From contig CBDDFZ010000001.1 in assembly GCA_965227515.1 (NCBI GenBank), positions 1,728,001-1,792,000 on the forward strand: 64,000 nucleotides of DNA, given 5' to 3'. Position numbers and translations under genes: made by a program. The number at the start of each line of letters is the position of its first letter. Within the stretch, counting starts at the first letter, position 1. Below the pieces are notes generated by a model. That model saw only the letters and a program-made list of their open reading frames with translations, searched no databases and was not told the DNA's origin. Source of the DNA: Alphaproteobacteria bacterium. GTDB lineage: Bacteria > Pseudomonadota > Alphaproteobacteria > CALKHQ01. This document shows positions 60,705-64,000 of this stretch, piece by piece.

Positions 60705-60803
60705 CGTCATGCCCGCACGTGTTGCGGGCATCCACGTCTTTCATCAAGCGATGCCAAGGCGTGGATACCCGGGACCCGGCCTGCGGCCGGCCCGGGCATG
60801 ACG
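60705..60803. repeat. Palindromic intergenic element
   Basis: CGTCATGCCCG...CATCCACG...CGTGGAT...CGGGCATGACG. Confidence 0.75.
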
Positions 60804-60814
60804 CCTGAGAACCC

Positions 60815-61597
60815 ATGCCTTTCGTCGACATCAACGATGCCGCGCTTGCCTACGATGCGGGTGACGGCACCCTGGCGCTGGATGGCTGCACCCTGTCCAT
60901 CGAGCGCGGCGCGTTCGAGGCGCTGGTTGGCCCCAGCGGCTGCGGAAAGTCGTCGCTGCTGAAGATCGTCTCCGGCCTGCATCCGATGACGCGGGGCACC
61001 GCGCTGCTGGACGGCGCGCCGATCCGTGGGCCGCAGAAGTGCGTCGGCATGGCGTTCCAGAACGCCACCCTGCTGCCGTGGCGCTCCACGCTGGAGAATG
61101 TGCTGCTGCCGCTGGAGGTCAGCCAGGGCACGCGGCGGACCTATCGCGCACGGCGTCGCGAGCATGTCGAGTCCGCCATGACGCTGCTGGAGACCGTGGG
61201 CCTGGCGGAGTTCGCGCATCACGCGCCCTATCAGCTCTCCGGCGGCATGCAGCAGCGCGCGTCGCTGTGCCGGGCGCTGATCCACGAGCCGGACCTGCTG
61301 CTGCTGGACGAGCCGTTCGCGGCGCTGGACGCCTTCACCCGCGAGGAGCTGTGGGGCGTGTTGCAGGAGCTGCATGCCCGCAAGCGTTTCACCGTCATCC
61401 TGGTCACCCACGACCTGCGCGAGGCGGTCTATCTGGCCGACGTCGTCCATGTCGTGAGCAAGCGGCCCGGGCGCATCGTCGGCGCCTGGAACATCGACCT
61501 GCCGCGGCCGCGCACGCTGGAGGCGACCTTCAAGCCCGACTTCGTCGACATCGTGCACGAACTCCGCAACCAGATCAGCGAGGTGCGTTCCGCATGA
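60815..61597 (+). CDS. NitT/TauT-family ABC ATPase
   Basis: GPSGCGKS, LSGGMQQR, DEPF. Confidence 0.92.
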   Translation: MPFVDINDAALAYDAGDGTLALDGCTLSIERGAFEALVGPSGCGKSSLLKIVSGLHPMTRGTALLDGAPIRGPQKCVGMAFQNATLLPWRSTLENVLLPLEVSQGTRRTYRARRREHVESAMTLLETVGLAEFAHHAPYQLSGGMQQRASLCRALIHEPDLLLLDEPFAALDAFTREELWGVLQELHARKRFTVILVTHDLREAVYLADVVHVVSKRPGRIVGAWNIDLPRPRTLEATFKPDFVDIVHELRNQISEVRSA

Positions 61598-62355
61598 CCG
61601 ACCGGCAACTGAGACAGATTGCGCCATGGGTGGCGGTCATCGTGCTGTTCGCGGTCTGGGAAATCGTGTGCCGCATGGAAGACGTGCCGGAGTTCATCCT
61701 GCCGACGCCCAGTGCGGCACTGATTGAGCTGTGGAACTTCCGCGATGCGATCTGGTTCAACGCCTGGTTCACGCTGTGGGTCACCGCCGTCGGCTTCGCC
61801 ATCGCGGTGTTGTTCGGCCTGTTGTTGGGCGTGCTGACCGGCGCATCGGCGTTGACCTATGCGGCGGTCTACCCGCTGCTGATCGGTTTCAACTCGATCC
61901 CCAAGGTCGCGATCGTGCCGGTGCTGGTGGTCTGGTTCGGCATCGGCGAGATCCCGGCGATCCTGACCGCGTTCCTGATCTCGTTCTTCCCGATCGCGGT
62001 CAACGTGGCGACCGGGCTGGCGACGCTGGAGCCGGAATTGAAGGACGTGCTGCGCTCCCTCGGCGCGCGCAAGATCGACATCCTGCTGAAGGTCGGCCTG
62101 CCGCGCGCGATGCCCTATTTCTTCGCGTCGCTGAAGATTGCGGTGACCCTGGCCTTCGTCGGCACGGTGATCTCGGAGACGATCGCCGGCAACCGCGGCA
62201 TCGGCTACCTGATGCTGTCGGCATCCAGCCAGTTCAAGGTGCCGCTGGTGTTCGCCGGCCTGATCGTCGTCGCCATCATGGGCGTCGTGATGTACGCCGT
62301 TTTCGCCGTGGCCGAGCGCAACATGACCAAGTGGGCCTATCGCGACGGCGGTTAG
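61594..62355 (+). CDS. NitT/TauT-family ABC permease
   Basis: PKVA..P....WFG.G, multi-TM; ATGA overlap. Confidence 0.9.
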   Translation: MTDRQLRQIAPWVAVIVLFAVWEIVCRMEDVPEFILPTPSAALIELWNFRDAIWFNAWFTLWVTAVGFAIAVLFGLLLGVLTGASALTYAAVYPLLIGFNSIPKVAIVPVLVVWFGIGEIPAILTAFLISFFPIAVNVATGLATLEPELKDVLRSLGARKIDILLKVGLPRAMPYFFASLKIAVTLAFVGTVISETIAGNRGIGYLMLSASSQFKVPLVFAGLIVVAIMGVVMYAVFAVAERNMTKWAYRDGG

Positions 62356-62388
62356 ATCTCGTCAGCCAACGATCGCGGGGTGCATTCC

Positions 62389-62775
62389 ATGATCCGCATC
62401 GAAAGAGTTGAGTCGCCGCCGCGCCGCGCGACCAAGGCCCTGTTTCAGCCGGGCCGGGTGACCGTGGGTATTGGCGACCGCATGGCGCGCAAGCGTTACG
62501 ACCGCGACGAACTTCTGGTCTCCATCGAGAACTCGATCCGGCAGCATCGGGCTGGCGCAACAGGTGCCCCTGTCGGCCGGTGGGTGGGGCGGATGTTCGG
62601 CGGGCAGCGACGGACAGCCGGTGCCGAGACGATCCAACTGGACGGCCAGCGCCTCGGTCAGTTGTTGGAACTGGCGGGCGAGCGCGCATCGCAGCAGGTC
62701 TCCGTCACCGCGCAGTACAGCGTGGGCCTGCAAGATGTGGAGCGCTGCCTGCGCATCGCGTGCCACGTGCCATAG
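62389..62775 (+). CDS. Hypothetical protein
   Basis: ORF only. Confidence 0.4.
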   Translation: MIRIERVESPPRRATKALFQPGRVTVGIGDRMARKRYDRDELLVSIENSIRQHRAGATGAPVGRWVGRMFGGQRRTAGAETIQLDGQRLGQLLELAGERASQQVSVTAQYSVGLQDVERCLRIACHVP

Positions 62776-63056
62776 CCTGCGCACCGCACAATCGCGAAGA
62801 ACGAGCCCTGTTTCGGCCTCAACGGCGACGTCCGGTCGGCGCCTGCCAAGACCACGTGGCGTGCGATGACACGCTTTACCGCACGGTCTCTTCGGGATAA
62901 CGTGGTCGAACACTTGATGCATATTTGACTGCAAATTTTCGCCGCAATCTTCGCACAATGTTTCAAGGCGGTCGGAAGTCTTCAGGAACCGAATCTTGCG
63001 GCGGCGGTTTCTATTGAAGGCCGCTGAGTTGTCATATCTGAAGGAGATCTAGAGTT

Positions 63057-63485
63057 ATGACCGTGAAAAATTGGGGCGCAGCCGTTGTGTTCGCAGCAGT
63101 TGCGTTTGGGGGCGTTTCTGCCGCATCCGCCGAGGAACCGCCAGTCTCATCCATGACCCCGATGGCAATCAGCCGCGTGATTGCATTCGGGCAGGAGCAT
63201 CAGGACCCGTTGGCCCTGTTGACCGCGGTGCGCATGCTGAACGACCTGGGGGCGCATGTCGCCATGCCTGGGGCGCAGTCGGAGCCGACCGGCGAGCAGG
63301 CGCAGCAGATGTTCGACCAGGTCGCGCTGCTCGAAGAGGCGGAGGGTTATGCCGCCGGCGACGCGGAACTGGTCGCGATGATCGATGCCGAAATGGACAA
63401 CATCGAGAGCAGCCGCTGGGTCTGCTATTGGGAAGTCTATTGCGACGCCTATGGCTGGTGCGAGTACGTAGAGGTCTGCTACTAG
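63057..63485 (+). CDS. Exported protein with C-terminal Cys4/aromatic tail
   Basis: AAGGAG RBS, signal peptide (ASA-EE), tail WVCYWEVYCDAYGWCEYVEVCY. Confidence 0.7.
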   Translation: MTVKNWGAAVVFAAVAFGGVSAASAEEPPVSSMTPMAISRVIAFGQEHQDPLALLTAVRMLNDLGAHVAMPGAQSEPTGEQAQQMFDQVALLEEAEGYAAGDAELVAMIDAEMDNIESSRWVCYWEVYCDAYGWCEYVEVCY

Positions 63486-63553
63486 CCACGATGATTGCGG
63501 AAAGGCCGGGCACCGCTCGGCCTTTCCCTCCAATACTTGCGGCAAGGATTTGG

Positions 63554-64000
63554 ATGATGACCGGATCGTCACGGCTGCAAAGCTTGCCGGTGCGCTGGCC
63601 GCGCCTGTTGGCAGCGGTGTTGCTGCTTCTGGCCGGTGGCGCCAGCCATGCCATGGCGGAAACGGTTGCCGACGACAGCGGCGCGCCGCAGACCTTCGCT
63701 CTTCTTGTCGGCGTTTCGACTTACGCCAACCTGCCCGCCATCCTTCACCTGGACGGCCCGCGCAACGACGTGCAGATGTGGCAGTCGCTGCTGCTCGGGC
63801 GCAATGTCAGCCCGGACAACATGGTGGTGCTGGCCGACGGCGTGGAGGGGGCTGCCCTTCCGACCCGCGCCGCCATATTCGATGCCTTCGCCGAGCTGAC
63901 CAAGGCGGTCGAGGCGGGCGACAACGTGTTCATCCTGATGGCCGGTCACGGCTCCCAACAGCCGCAGGGCGCGCTGGGCGACAAGTCGGAAGCCGACGGG
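63554..64000 (+). CDS. Secreted caspase-family (C14) protease, partial
   Basis: Manual translation: signal peptide, ALLVGVSTY...LDGPRNDV...PTRAAI...MAGHGSQQP. Confidence 0.85.
   Translation, partial: MMTGSSRLQSLPVRWPRLLAAVLLLLAGGASHAMAETVADDSGAPQTFALLVGVSTYANLPAILHLDGPRNDVQMWQSLLLGRNVSPDNMVVLADGVEGAALPTRAAIFDAFAELTKAVEAGDNVFILMAGHGSQQPQGALGDKSEADG

Overview
High-GC alphaproteobacterial chromosomal segment. Core genes: partial soeA-type molybdoenzyme, hydantoinase A/B with an isochorismatase-like amidase and an SDR, msrP, ahpC-ahpD with a divergent oxyR that carries an in-frame TGA, leuA with a Leu-rich leader peptide, pmbA, GST, two fasciclin lipoproteins, SCO, GT87, M23 peptidase, a nucleoside ABC transporter with cdd-deoC-deoA, an NMT1-type ABC transporter and a partial secreted caspase. 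Accessory content lies at the 3' end of tRNA-Phe(GAA). (1) A 12,400-bp integrated element bounded by 56-bp direct repeats looks like a phage satellite. It encodes an integrase, an excisionase-like protein, a primase-like protein, an AAA helicase with iterons, a scaffold-like protein, TerS, a split TerL and a podovirus-type DNA-ejection protein. I recognise no capsid, portal, tail, lysis or repressor gene, and its early region is a tandem array of promoter-hairpin-terminator units. (2) An adjacent more AT-rich island encodes a silk/silaffin-like (GS)nGGKH-repeat RTX protein flanked by a kinase, a TPR-Fe/2OG dioxygenase and a GNAT-TPR protein. Also notable are a single-chain E1alpha-E1beta-lipoyl-KAS III enzyme and a three-gene cassette of small uncharacterised proteins. 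All family calls come from motif recognition by eye; no database search was run.
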